Shown: piece by piece, positions 28,401-38,375 of the stretch
Position numbering within the stretch: position 1 is the first letter of the stretch
How the letters are laid out: each line of letters begins with the position of its first letter
From: an uncultured Eubacteriales bacterium
GTDB lineage: Bacteria; Bacillota; JAAYKD01
DNA length: 64,000 nt
Direction: 5' to 3'
NCBI GenBank assembly: GCA_964425745.1
Contig: CAYRNW010000011.1
Location: forward strand, 8,505-72,504
The notes under the pieces: generated by a model
What the model was told of the DNA's origin: nothing
Databases searched by the model: none
The model's input: the letters and a program-made list of their open reading frames with translations, nothing else
Position numbers and translations under genes: made by a program

Positions 28401-29789
28401 ATGCATAAAATAAAAGGTCTGATTGGAGATAAGCCCTTCTACAGGCGTCTTCTATTCCTGATTCTACCCATGATCTTACAACAGGGGATCAGCAGTACTG
28501 TGAATTTACTCGATAACGTTATGGTGGGAACTCTGGGGACCACCGCTATTTCTGCGGTTGCGATCTGCAGCCAATTCTTCTTCGTTTTCCATATTACCAT
28601 CTTCGGTGGAACCTCCGGAGCATCGATTTTCACCTCGCAGTATCACGGACGAAACGATGTAGAAGGTGTTCGCGCCACCTTTCGTTATAAAATATGGTTT
28701 GGTATCATCATAAGTATCGTATCGATTTTTCTCTTCACGTTCTATGGAGAGAACATTATTGGCTTGTACCTCAATAAAAACAACACCAGTGCCGCAGAAA
28801 TTGCAGCAACCATGGCGTTGGCCAAAGAATACCTGAAGTATATGATTTGGGGCATCGTGCCATTTGTCTTATCGCAATGCTTCACCACCACACTGCGGGA
28901 GACCGGTAATACCTTCATGGCCATGATCGCCGGAATTTTATCGATGTCCGTTAACTTGGTGATGAACTATGTTCTGATCTTTGGCCATTTTGGTTTTCCA
29001 AAAATGGGGGTAGCCGGAGCCGCACTGGCAACTGTTCTTGCTCGTTTGGTGGAAATGATCTTTATCATTGCTATCACCTATAAGAATCGCGAATCCAACC
29101 CCTTTATCATCGGAGCATTTAAAACCTTGCGTGTGCCGGCCGTGATTTTAAAGGCAATTTTGATCAAAGGATCGCCTTTATTGGCCAATGAATTTATCTG
29201 GTCCATGGCACAAGCCGGAGTTATGCAAAGCTATGCCGTCAGGGGTGTCCAAGTTTTAGCCGCAATGAATATCTCGGGTACCATTTCTCAACTCTTTAAT
29301 GTGTTCTTTTTTGCCATGGGTAACTCTGTTGCTATATTGGTCGGTCAAGAACTGGGAGCAGGCGATATTGAAAAGGCCAAGGATACCGATAAAAAAATCA
29401 TTGCTTTCAATGTCACCGTCACCATGGGAGTGGGGCTTCTCTTAGCGCTGGCTGCACCCTATGTACCCCATATTTATAACACTGAAGAAGCAGTACGCCA
29501 CTTAGCAACCAACTTCCTCTTGGTGCAGGCCGTCTTATTCCCGGTGCATGCTTTTAATCACAGTACCTATTTTACCCTGCGAGCAGGTGGTCAGACTATG
29601 GTGACTTTCATCTTCGATAGCATTTTTGCCAGCCTAATCAGCTTCCCCTTAGCGTATTTTATATCAAGATATACCGTGATCCCTGTCATCTTCATGTATA
29701 TGATCGTTGGTTCTGCGGATTTGATTAAATCGGCCATTGGCTTCAGTTTCTTGAGGACCGGTAAATGGGCGAGAACGATTGTGGTGTAA
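28401..29789 (+). CDS. MATE family efflux transporter
   Basis: LLDNVMVGTLG, MGVAGAALATVLAR and GQELGAG motifs; 12 TM. Confidence 0.92.
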   Translation: MHKIKGLIGDKPFYRRLLFLILPMILQQGISSTVNLLDNVMVGTLGTTAISAVAICSQFFFVFHITIFGGTSGASIFTSQYHGRNDVEGVRATFRYKIWFGIIISIVSIFLFTFYGENIIGLYLNKNNTSAAEIAATMALAKEYLKYMIWGIVPFVLSQCFTTTLRETGNTFMAMIAGILSMSVNLVMNYVLIFGHFGFPKMGVAGAALATVLARLVEMIFIIAITYKNRESNPFIIGAFKTLRVPAVILKAILIKGSPLLANEFIWSMAQAGVMQSYAVRGVQVLAAMNISGTISQLFNVFFFAMGNSVAILVGQELGAGDIEKAKDTDKKIIAFNVTVTMGVGLLLALAAPYVPHIYNTEEAVRHLATNFLLVQAVLFPVHAFNHSTYFTLRAGGQTMVTFIFDSIFASLISFPLAYFISRYTVIPVIFMYMIVGSADLIKSAIGFSFLRTGKWARTIVV

Positions 29790-29829
29790 AAAACGGTGTT
29801 GAAATTCAATTTAAGATTGAATTTCCCAC

Positions 29830-29858
29830 TTGACAAAAGACCCCCTTTCCGTTATGAT
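29830..29858 (+). promoter_or_regulatory. tRNA promoter
   Basis: TTGACA, 17 bp, TATGAT. Confidence 0.75.
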
Positions 29859-29905
29859 TTGACCTGTTGTGAGTGCAAGCTCCTGCAACAGAACTTCATA
29901 AATAT

Positions 29906-29977
<72 letters not shown>

Positions 29978-29981
<4 letters not shown>

Positions 29982-30023
29982 ATAAAAACAACCTAAACTG
30001 AAGTTTAGGTTGTTTTTATTGGT
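29978..30023 (+). terminator. Long hairpin terminator after the tRNA
   Basis: ACCAATAAAAACAACCTAAACT / AGTTTAGGTTGTTTTTATTGGT perfect inverted repeat. Confidence 0.8.
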
Positions 30024-30331
30024 AGCCCCCACGCTGAAAGCGTTCCGAGCTTCGCAAATGCAAGCATTTGCTTGTGGGTATATTCGTTCTTTTAGCACTT
30101 TTCGCAGGCTATTTCAACGCGAAATTTTATAGTGGCTTCAAAAAATAGTCTGAATTTACAAAAGGGCTTAGATCCCTTTTGTAAAAAACCTACTTAGAGG
30201 TGGGGGACTGTAAATATTCCTTACACAAAACTAAAAACCAGTGTGCGGAAAGTTGTGGTTTGCGCCAACTTGTGATATACTACTATCGTACTACAATTTT
30301 TAAATACTGTGTGTGGAAAGTAGGCTTAATA

Positions 30332-30937
30332 GTGACGAATAAAGACATTGCCAAAAGAGTAGTCCTTGCATCCGGTGGAATTGCAAAAATGGCCGATTTG
30401 CTAAACTCCGGACTTGCCAAATACGAAGTAAACAGTCTCATCAAGGTGGGTTATCTCGAGCGAGTGCATCATGGTTTCTATAAAATTACGGAAGCCTCTA
30501 ATATTAGTGAAGCGCGGCTACTTGCATCACTGCTTCCAGAGGGAATTGTTTGTGTTGAGTCTGCACTTTTTTATTATGGCTATAGTGACTTCGCTCCCCG
30601 ACGATGGACAGTTGCTGTACCTCGCACAATCTCTAGGGCCAAATTGCGAATCAAAGCTGTTCCGTTAAAAGCGTATTATATTCAAAGGGATAAGTATGAG
30701 CTTGGAAAAACCACCGCGGACTTTGAGGGTGTCACGCTCTTTATTTATGACCGAGAGCGTACAATTTGTGATTGTTTCAAATATCGCACAAAGATGGATA
30801 ACGAGACCTTTAATAAAGCTATCAATGCTTATGTTGCGGATGAGAAAAAGAATCTCAACAACCTTTCGAAATACGCAAAAAAAATGCGACTTTTTGAAAT
30901 AATCAATGACCTGCTGGGGGTAATGCTCAATGGTTGA
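30332..30937 (+). CDS. abiEi: Type IV TA antitoxin, AbiEi family
   Basis: N-terminal wHTH (GYLERVHHGFY), SALFYYG and YDRERTICDCF; GTG start inferred. Confidence 0.85.
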   Translation: MTNKDIAKRVVLASGGIAKMADLLNSGLAKYEVNSLIKVGYLERVHHGFYKITEASNISEARLLASLLPEGIVCVESALFYYGYSDFAPRRWTVAVPRTISRAKLRIKAVPLKAYYIQRDKYELGKTTADFEGVTLFIYDRERTICDCFKYRTKMDNETFNKAINAYVADEKKNLNNLSKYAKKMRLFEIINDLLGVMLNG

Positions 30938-31534
30938 AATAGCTGTATCTGTGCTAGCACGGCTCAAAAATAAAGCCACCGAGAGTGGCAGAAGCTATCA
31001 GCTCTGCCTTCAACTCTTTTGTCAAGAAGAATTCCTACGTCGGCTTGAAAAATCGAAATATGCCGATAATTTCGTTCTCAAGTGGTGCGAAGTTTACCCA
31101 CCCAATTACCGGACTTTGAAGCACCGACAATCAACACCTACTCCATTGAAACAACTATTGCAGAAAAGCTGGATGCTATTTTATCGCTCATGGAGTTTTC
31201 AAGTCGTATGAAAGACTATTACGATATCTATTATCTTGCAAATAAGTTTAACTTTGATGGATCAATCCTCACTGAGGCACTACAAAAAACTTTTACAAAT
31301 CGCGAACGTGTTTATACGATTGAACAAATTGAGCAAGTAATGGCATTCGATACCGATGATGGAATGCAGAAGAAATGGAAAGCCTTTACGAGGAAAATCG
31401 ACACTCCTACAGATGATTTCAAGAAAGTGTTGGAGATGATTAAAACTTTCATTACCGAACCATTTGCTGCAGTTGTGAATCTCACAGAGTATAACAAAAA
31501 GTGGAGTGCTGTAACTAGGGAATGGGATCTATGA
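30930..31534 (+). pseudogene. abiEii: AbiEii nucleotidyltransferase toxin, internally deleted and frameshifted
   Basis: N-terminus SVLARLKNK...FVLK breaks off where the GG motif is expected; another frame resumes with PTQL...AEKLDA...SRMKDYYD. Confidence 0.8.
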
Positions 31535-31576
31535 AGTGAAGAAGCAATCTGACTTCTTAATAAGCGGGGGAACTTT

Positions 31577-32206
31577 ATGCGTTCATCTCAAGAAATCTAC
31601 GAAAAATTACTCCATCACTATGGAACACCGCCCGCGTGGTCAGAGAACCCTTATCAAGTGCTGCTCGAGGCTATCCTGGTTCAAAACACATCGTGGAGAA
31701 ATGTTTTGAAAGTACGCGAGAATATAGGTAACCGCTTCAACCCAAGGTTTATTGCGTTTTGTTCTCAAGAGGAGCTCCAAGCACTGATTCTCTCCTGTGG
31801 TTTCTGGAAGGCGAAAGCCAATGCTATAAAAGCAATTACCACTTGGTATGGAACCTATGAGTATGATTTGACTCGAATTACACAAAAAAGCCTGGTGGAA
31901 TTACGTAAAGAGCTACTCTCCCTCCGTGGTATTGGCGATGAAACGGCAGATGTCATGCTCGTTTTCGCCTTTCATAAACCCTCATTCATCATTGATACCT
32001 ACACCAGACGCTTTTTAAAAAGGATGGGTTATGGTTTCGCCAATGATGCAGAGCGGCGCACCTTTTTGGAAGAGGGTGTTAGTAAAGATGCGTTCTTCTA
32101 TGGTCACTATCACTGGTTGTTTCTTGACCACGGGAAGGCTCATTGTAAAAAGCGACCCATTTGCAGAAACTGCCCCTTCGAATCGGTTTGTATGAAGTTG
32201 TTTTAA
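31577..32206 (+). CDS. Endonuclease III-related HhH-GPD protein
   Basis: AILVQNTSW, LLSLRGIGDETAD and C-terminal CKKRPICRNCPFESVC FeS motif. Confidence 0.88.
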   Translation: MRSSQEIYEKLLHHYGTPPAWSENPYQVLLEAILVQNTSWRNVLKVRENIGNRFNPRFIAFCSQEELQALILSCGFWKAKANAIKAITTWYGTYEYDLTRITQKSLVELRKELLSLRGIGDETADVMLVFAFHKPSFIIDTYTRRFLKRMGYGFANDAERRTFLEEGVSKDAFFYGHYHWLFLDHGKAHCKKRPICRNCPFESVCMKLF

Positions 32207-32222
32207 AGGAGGATAATCCGCA

Positions 32223-32795
32223 ATGGACAGTAGAACATTCACAACCCGTAGCGAATTTCGTGCCTGGTTGAGCCAAAACGCTTTGTCCGATGAAGGAATC
32301 TGGTTGATCTTTGGTAAGGATAAATCTGTACCAACTTTGACTGCAGCGGAAGCCTTAGAAGAAGCTCTATGTTTTGGTTGGATCGATGGAAAGATGCAAA
32401 GTATTGATGACTCCAGTTATATGAAATACTTTAAGCAACGCAGCAAAACCAGCCACTGGTCTGAGAAGAACAAAGGAATCACAGAGAAACTGGAAGCAAA
32501 CGGACTCATGACCGACTTCGGACGTGCTAAAATTCTGGAGGCAAAAGAAAACGGCCAATGGGCTGCCACAAAAGCAGAACCACTGACCGATGATGCCGTA
32601 GAAACCTTTATTGAATTATTGCAGCCGAACACCATCGCTCTTGATAACTATAAGAAGATGTCGCGTTCAGTACAGAAAACCTATGCCTTATCGTATGTAG
32701 CCACCAAAACGGAGGCAGGTAGGGAAAAACGGCTGAAAACCATCGTGGAGCGTCTGCAATTAAACCTGAATCCCATGGAGCGGATGCCACAATGA
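32223..32795 (+). CDS. YdeI/OmpD-associated family protein
   Basis: FRAWL, EALCFGWIDG, SHWSEKNK and TREKRL-like motifs. Confidence 0.85.
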   Translation: MDSRTFTTRSEFRAWLSQNALSDEGIWLIFGKDKSVPTLTAAEALEEALCFGWIDGKMQSIDDSSYMKYFKQRSKTSHWSEKNKGITEKLEANGLMTDFGRAKILEAKENGQWAATKAEPLTDDAVETFIELLQPNTIALDNYKKMSRSVQKTYALSYVATKTEAGREKRLKTIVERLQLNLNPMERMPQ

Positions 32796-32796
32796 A

Positions 32797-33327
32797 TCAG
32801 CGTAGCTTCTCAAAATCCTTATACATCAAGCTCGGCTGAATACCGGTGTTGTTTTGGTATTTACCATTTTTGTAGGAGACGAAATCTCCTTCAATAGTAT
32901 GATAATAGATCTGGCAAATCTCGATCATGGGGTAAATCCGCACCGGCTGAATGCATTGAATTTCCAAAGTCCAGAATCCGGAAAAACCTATATCGCCAAA
33001 ACCGGCAGTCACATGGATGAACAAGCCTAAGCGCCCAATGGACGAGCGGCCTTCTAACATCGGTACAAAATAATCAGTGGCAGTTCTCTCATAGGTTCTG
33101 CCTAAATAAAGTCTACCCGGTTGCAAAACCAGCCCTTCCTCCGGAATAATCAACGTTTCGGTGTTGAGGGGCTTTTTCATATCCAAAATCGCATCGGTAT
33201 AGATGAGTAACTCATTATGCAGACGCAAATTGTAACTATTGGGATTTAAGCGTGTTTCATCAAAGGGCTCGATACGAATTCGCCCTTGCTCTACTTGGGT
33301 TTGGATCTCTTTACCCGATAAAATCAT
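32797..33327 (-). CDS. dcd: dCTP deaminase
   Basis: MILS, NPNSYNLRL, GRSSIGRLG, AGFGDIGF.G..TLE and GKYQ. Confidence 0.92.
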   Translation of the reverse strand: MILSGKEIQTQVEQGRIRIEPFDETRLNPNSYNLRLHNELLIYTDAILDMKKPLNTETLIIPEEGLVLQPGRLYLGRTYERTATDYFVPMLEGRSSIGRLGLFIHVTAGFGDIGFSGFWTLEIQCIQPVRIYPMIEICQIYYHTIEGDFVSYKNGKYQNNTGIQPSLMYKDFEKLR

Positions 33328-33357
33328 GATCTTTCGCCTCTTTGCTGTGAAATGCAA

Positions 33358-34176
33358 TTATTTCTTGGTTGCAACGATACATAATGTATTTAATGAATCA
33401 TCGACCTTTGTTCCTGCGACCGATGCATAAAACTGCAGCGATGCAAACCCCATCGGTTTTAACTCTTCTTCAATGGACTCTTGAGTGAAACAGGTGTTCC
33501 AAATATTCAAGCAGCGCACTTCCTGATCTTCAACAAGCACGATACGGTTCACATCGATCAAATTGTTCTCGTAATAAAAGTCGGCATCAAAGCAGATGTG
33601 AGGTTTGGCACTCCAGAAGCCACCTTTTTCACGAATCGACCAAGATTGAGTCTCCTTATTGCCCTGGTTGTAAAGGGGAGTGAAAACATCGAACAAGAAC
33701 TTGCCGCCCAGCTTCAATGCCCGGTGCACTCTGTGCAATAAATTGAGCCGATCTGCTGGAATCAAGGCCGCATAATCGCACCAAATCAGGGTAATCATGT
33801 CAAACGCGTTTTCAAAGTCCATCTCCAAGTAGCTTTGCAGGACATAGGTGCTCTTGGGGTCGTGTTCTTTGGCGTAAGCGATGGAACGGGCTGAGAAATC
33901 CAATCCTGTGACCTGTAACCCATGTTCAGCGAGGCGTTTGGTGTATAAACCCGGACCGCAGCCGATATCGAGCAGGGAAGATCCGGGCGGTAAAAGGGAC
34001 GCGATCCAAGTGGTGGCTTGGTCGATAAACTCCGGTTTTCGGCTGGCGGCGTCGGTGTTGGGGTTCAAATGTGCTTCCAACATGCCTTTAGAGATATGTT
34101 CATCGGTCCAAAATTGGGCACTGGTTTTTTCAAAAAGCTTAGGCTTCATCAAGAGTGGTAGCAGTTGTGAATACAT
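33358..34176 (-). CDS. Class I SAM-dependent methyltransferase
   Basis: FWTDEHIS and LLDIGCGPGLY; GGAGG RBS before ATG 34176. Confidence 0.88.
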   Translation of the reverse strand: MYSQLLPLLMKPKLFEKTSAQFWTDEHISKGMLEAHLNPNTDAASRKPEFIDQATTWIASLLPPGSSLLDIGCGPGLYTKRLAEHGLQVTGLDFSARSIAYAKEHDPKSTYVLQSYLEMDFENAFDMITLIWCDYAALIPADRLNLLHRVHRALKLGGKFLFDVFTPLYNQGNKETQSWSIREKGGFWSAKPHICFDADFYYENNLIDVNRIVLVEDQEVRCLNIWNTCFTQESIEEELKPMGFASLQFYASVAGTKVDDSLNTLCIVATKK

Positions 34177-34259
34177 AAGATCCCTCCATTGCGCTTTAAA
34201 ATTCATTGCTCAGAGAATACCATATTTTGCCGAAGCAATCAATAATTTTTCTTAGGGAC

Positions 34260-34352
34260 TTGGGGACTGTTCTCTCTTGTTCTTGGGGACGGTTCTCTCC
34301 TTGCTGGTTTTGCCTTAAATCTGGTAAAAAACGAGGGGAGAGAACCGTCCCC
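34260..34352. repeat. 68-bp family-A REPIN (34285-34352) plus an extra upstream arm
   Basis: GGGGACGGTTCTCTCC...GAGGGGAGAGAACCGTCCCC; variant arm GGGGACTGTTCTCTC at 34262. Confidence 0.9.
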
Positions 34353-34484
34353 AAGATGAAACCCAAGATGATAGATAAATCTTGGAGCGAAAAGTTTCCC
34401 GTTGAGCGGCTTCTGACCGAAGGTCGGCAGAGCTCAGAGGGATCTTTGAGCGATCCTGTAATCTATTTGTAAACTTACCAGATA

Positions 34485-34727
34485 TTGACACCAACCAAGG
34501 TGCTGTGCTACACTGCCTTTGAAAACGAACAGAAAAGGGGCTTAAAAAATGATTCAATAATCCATTTGACATCAAGTAAAACGTAAAAGCTCATGCATTC
34601 ATGAGCCTTGGTTTTGTTGTCAAAAATGGAGAATGAATCGCCCGTTCACACAGGGTACTTTGCTGTACTCCTCGTGTCATAACTGCGTACCCATTCCTCC
34701 TTGGCAACCACCAGGGAGGAATTTTTT
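34485..34727 (+). promoter_or_regulatory. Promoter and attenuator-like leader (3-codon uORF, long hairpin, terminator)
   Basis: TTGACA 34485 and TACACT 34509; ATG ATT CAA TAA 34549-34560; hairpin 34551-34639; terminator 34693-34727. Confidence 0.7.
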
Positions 34728-34743
34728 ATTCAGGAGGTCCCCC

Positions 34744-36420
34744 ATGCAACAACCATCAACACCTTTACAACTTTTCTTTCAATACGCCAAGCGCTATCGG
34801 GGCCGCGTGGTGCTCTTGACCCTGGTTTACCTGGTCACTACAGCTTTACTGGTGATCGCCCCTCAAATGCTCAGTTCCTTTATTGATCGTGTTTACAGCA
34901 ATGCAGCAACCACCGCCGTGCTTTTGGCTATCGTGTTCTACTTGGCTGCGGTTTTGGGTCGTTCGCTCATGAACGCATTATTGCAGATTCAGTTGGCTAC
35001 GGTCGGGCAATTGATCACGGATGAATATCGCCGCGACGTCATGCATCATTTTTTATCGTTAGACAGCCAACATTTAAGCGCATGGACCTCCGGCGAGGCT
35101 ATCACCCGCCTCGATGAAGACGTGCAAGGCCTTTTTCAATATTATTATATCCTCTTTTACAAACTCACCGGTAGCGGCATAGCTCTTGTAGGGATTTTAG
35201 TCGCCTTAGCAATGAAAAGTGGATGGCTTACAGCTGCGCTACTGATTGTTAGTCTACTGACCATCCTTGGGTTCAAGTGGATCCAAGACCGCGGTATTCC
35301 CAAATACGTGCGTAGGACCGCCGCCTCGGCTGTGTTCAACGGTAGTATGAAAGAATTACTCGATAATGCCACCACCTTACGCGCATTGCATGCAGAATCG
35401 TATGCTACCGCCACCCTGAAACGCAGCATGAAACATCGCTATTTTGAGAGCTTACCTGCCAATATGATGTATGCCAATCTTTGGAGCGCCTCGACCATTA
35501 TGCAAGCGTTGGTTGTCGCTGCCGGACTTTTCTTTGCACTCTTGCTTTGGACGAAGGGAACGATTACGATTGGCACTGCCTATTTAATCTATACCTACAG
35601 CGAACTGATTATCGCCCCCTTACAAGATTTTCGTAATTTTATGGGGAAAATGCAAGGCGCCATGGCTGGAATTCTTCGCACTCAAAACTTATTGGCTACA
35701 CCGGTATTGGAATTCAGCGGCAGCAAAGAGTTGCCCGATCAACCAATTTCTGTGACGATTGAGAACTTGAGCTTTGCTTATGCACAAGGCCCTGAGGTGC
35801 TGAAAGACATTAATCTTGAGCTGCCCGCCGGGGGAAGAGTGGGCATTATGGGTGAAACCGGTTGTGGAAAAAGCACCTTAATCAACCTGATTGCAGGCCT
35901 AAACCCCTATGAAAAGGGCTCGATTTGCCTAAACGGCATTGAACTCCGTGAAATCAAACAGGATAGCCTGCGTCAACGCGTCGCCTTCTGCACGCAACGA
36001 GTCCAGCTGATTCATGGGAGCTTGCGCGATAATATTGCCTTTTTCGATCAGAAATACACCGATGACGATCTCCTTCAGGCCATAGAAAACTTGCATTTGA
36101 GCGAATGGTTCCGGAAATTTCCGCAAGGATTAGACACGCCGCTGGAAATGGGGGAAGGCAACCTATCTTCCGGTGAGGCACAACTGATCACTCTCCTCCG
36201 TTTTGCTTTACGCGATCCACGCCTGGTGCTTTTTGATGAAATCACTTCCAATCTCGATGCCGCAGTGGAGCGTCATATGACCCGCGCCATTGAAGGGTTG
36301 AGCCAAGGTCGCACCGTCATCGCCATTGCGCATAATGCCAAATCATTGGATTGGATGGATACTATCGTCATCATGCAGGGTGGCAGATTCGTAGAAAAAG
36401 GAAAGGAGGCGGTCGTATGA
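34744..36420 (+). CDS. ABC exporter, permease-ATPase subunit 1
   Basis: TM domain plus GETGCGKST, LSSGEAQL, LFDE and IAH; GGAGG RBS. Confidence 0.9.
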   Translation: MQQPSTPLQLFFQYAKRYRGRVVLLTLVYLVTTALLVIAPQMLSSFIDRVYSNAATTAVLLAIVFYLAAVLGRSLMNALLQIQLATVGQLITDEYRRDVMHHFLSLDSQHLSAWTSGEAITRLDEDVQGLFQYYYILFYKLTGSGIALVGILVALAMKSGWLTAALLIVSLLTILGFKWIQDRGIPKYVRRTAASAVFNGSMKELLDNATTLRALHAESYATATLKRSMKHRYFESLPANMMYANLWSASTIMQALVVAAGLFFALLLWTKGTITIGTAYLIYTYSELIIAPLQDFRNFMGKMQGAMAGILRTQNLLATPVLEFSGSKELPDQPISVTIENLSFAYAQGPEVLKDINLELPAGGRVGIMGETGCGKSTLINLIAGLNPYEKGSICLNGIELREIKQDSLRQRVAFCTQRVQLIHGSLRDNIAFFDQKYTDDDLLQAIENLHLSEWFRKFPQGLDTPLEMGEGNLSSGEAQLITLLRFALRDPRLVLFDEITSNLDAAVERHMTRAIEGLSQGRTVIAIAHNAKSLDWMDTIVIMQGGRFVEKGKEAVV

Positions 36421-38291
36421 AACCAGTGAAAACGGAATCACGAACCTTTTTGGAGTTTAGTTTGAAGCTATTGGGGTATAAGAAATGGACCACTGTGGCG
36501 AACCTGTTTTGCAACAGCATCATCTTTTCTCATCAAGCAGCCGTCACCTACTTCATACGGCAGATTCTTAATAATTTTTCAGTGGACCCAGCCGATGCGC
36601 TGCGTAAAGCGTATCCGTATTTGATTGGCTTCATGGCAGTCGCCGGAGTTCGAGTGGTGGCGATCATGAGTTGTGCTGTTTTAGATGCCAAGCGAGCCTA
36701 TTTTTACCAAAACCGTATTCGTTTGAATGCGATGCAACATCTTATGCAAAAGCCCGATATTACGCAGGTGACGGGGAAGGCCAATCAAATTTTTGAAATC
36801 CTCGATGACGATATTCCGGTAGCAACCTTTCCGGTTGAATTGCTTACGGAAGCTTCTGGATATGCGGTGTATACCTTGATTGCGTTGTCCATGATGCTGA
36901 GCATCAACTGGCAGCTCACTCTATTCATTTTTGTGCCGCTTTCTGCTGCCATTTACGGGGTGCAACGTCTCTCGGAGCGGATGAAAGAACGGCGTAAGGT
37001 CAACCGCGAAGCTCATGATGCTGCTAGTGCTTTTATTGGTGATATTGCCGATGTGGCGATGTCGGTGAAATCGGCAGGAGCAAAAGAGGCAGTGTTGCAT
37101 CGTTACGACCAGGTTAACGGAGTGCGAAGGAGTGCAATTTTGCAGGAGAAAAGCTTTAATGAACGAGTTGAGCTCCTGCTTTCGGGTTCGGTGGCGCTGG
37201 GTTCCGCGGTGATGATGTTCATTGCGGCGCGCTTGTTGGCCGGTGAGAGCTTTGGCATTGGCGATTTCAGCTTTTTTATTGCTCACTTGTTTACCTTGTC
37301 GGAATGTGTGTATCGTGTTGTGGAGATTTATACTGAATCTCGCAAGGCAGAGGTATCCTACGAGCGGATATTAAGTGCCCTCGATTGCGAGCCAGAGCTT
37401 TTGACAAGGAAAAACGAGTTGGTGTTAAGGGAAGTGGTGGAAGAGGAGGGTGGATTGAAGGAGGATAAGGCGGAGGCGGTTGCCGATAAACTACGTGTAA
37501 TTACAGAGAAGGAACAAAGACCGCTCGATGCTGATGCAGGGCTGCTGAGTGGAAGTCCTACCCACACACAAGCTCTTACACAAGCGGCTGGAGAGACTCG
37601 AAACGACGAAAAAAAGGTTGCCCTCTTGCGGGTGCAAGACTTGACCTACACCTACACGGGCAACGATGGTTTTCGCGATGTTTCATTTGATTTGCATCCC
37701 GGGCAACTGACCGTGATCGCCGGTGGTATGGCATCCGGCAAATCCACCCTGCTTAGCACCCTGCTAAACCTCTTGCCTTACCAGTTGGGGACAGTTCTCT
37801 CCCCGTCAAAATTTCCAGAAAAATGGATTATAGGAGCTCCTCAACGCAGCGGTTTCTTTGCAACCGATCTTGAGACGAACCTGAAGTTGGGCCAGAAGCT
37901 GAGTGACGAGGAGATCGCGCGGGGACTGAACATTGCTGCGCTGCCGTCGTCTATCCCCTTGGCCACGGAAATTGGGGGAAGAGGAGATAAAATCTCCGGT
38001 GGGCAACGGCAAAGGCTGCTCATGGCGCGGGTTTTTGCACGGCCACAGCCGATCAAGGTGATTGATGATTGTGTCAGCGCCTTGGATGGCGAAACGCGGT
38101 TGTTGGTGTTGCAGCGAATCAGGGCACACCTAAAAAACAGCGGTGATGCGGTGGTGATTGCTACCAATGCTCAGAATTTTATGCAGCAAGCCGACCAAAT
38201 CATCTTTATGGAACGAGGATTGGTGAAGGGCAAGGGGACGTATGAGGAACTGCTCCGCGGCTATCCTGCTTTTGCTGAAATTGTGTCATAG
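36417..38291 (+). CDS. ABC exporter, permease-ATPase subunit 2 (degenerate NBD residues)
   Basis: ATGA overlap; GGMASGKST, ISGGQRQR, Walker B VIDD, and H-switch replaced (IATN). Confidence 0.88.
   Translation: MKPVKTESRTFLEFSLKLLGYKKWTTVANLFCNSIIFSHQAAVTYFIRQILNNFSVDPADALRKAYPYLIGFMAVAGVRVVAIMSCAVLDAKRAYFYQNRIRLNAMQHLMQKPDITQVTGKANQIFEILDDDIPVATFPVELLTEASGYAVYTLIALSMMLSINWQLTLFIFVPLSAAIYGVQRLSERMKERRKVNREAHDAASAFIGDIADVAMSVKSAGAKEAVLHRYDQVNGVRRSAILQEKSFNERVELLLSGSVALGSAVMMFIAARLLAGESFGIGDFSFFIAHLFTLSECVYRVVEIYTESRKAEVSYERILSALDCEPELLTRKNELVLREVVEEEGGLKEDKAEAVADKLRVITEKEQRPLDADAGLLSGSPTHTQALTQAAGETRNDEKKVALLRVQDLTYTYTGNDGFRDVSFDLHPGQLTVIAGGMASGKSTLLSTLLNLLPYQLGTVLSPSKFPEKWIIGAPQRSGFFATDLETNLKLGQKLSDEEIARGLNIAALPSSIPLATEIGGRGDKISGGQRQRLLMARVFARPQPIKVIDDCVSALDGETRLLVLQRIRAHLKNSGDAVVIATNAQNFMQQADQIIFMERGLVKGKGTYEELLRGYPAFAEIVS
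37785..37826 (+). repeat. Family-A REP arm within the ABC NBD coding sequence
   Basis: TTGGGGACAGTTCTCTCCCCGTCAAAATTTCCAGAAAAATGG, including spacer-like sequence. Confidence 0.8.
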
Positions 38292-38307
38292 GGTGAGACA
38301 ACTTCTT

Positions 38308-38375
38308 GGGGACGGTTCTGTCCGGGGTGAAATTTCCTTAAATATGGAAAAAACCGAGGGGAGAGAACCGTCCCC
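38308..38375. repeat. 68-bp family-A REPIN
   Basis: Inverted arms between convergent genes; right end overlaps the TAG of 38375-39970. Confidence 0.9.

Noticed and set aside
30028-30078. Small multi-hairpin after the tRNA terminator
   Set aside because: Single copy with short stems; it cannot be assigned to any RNA family.
34206-34575. ORFs 34206-34472 and 34315-34575
   Set aside because: They are translations of REP arms (WGRFSP, GERTVP, LGTVL) and promoter DNA.
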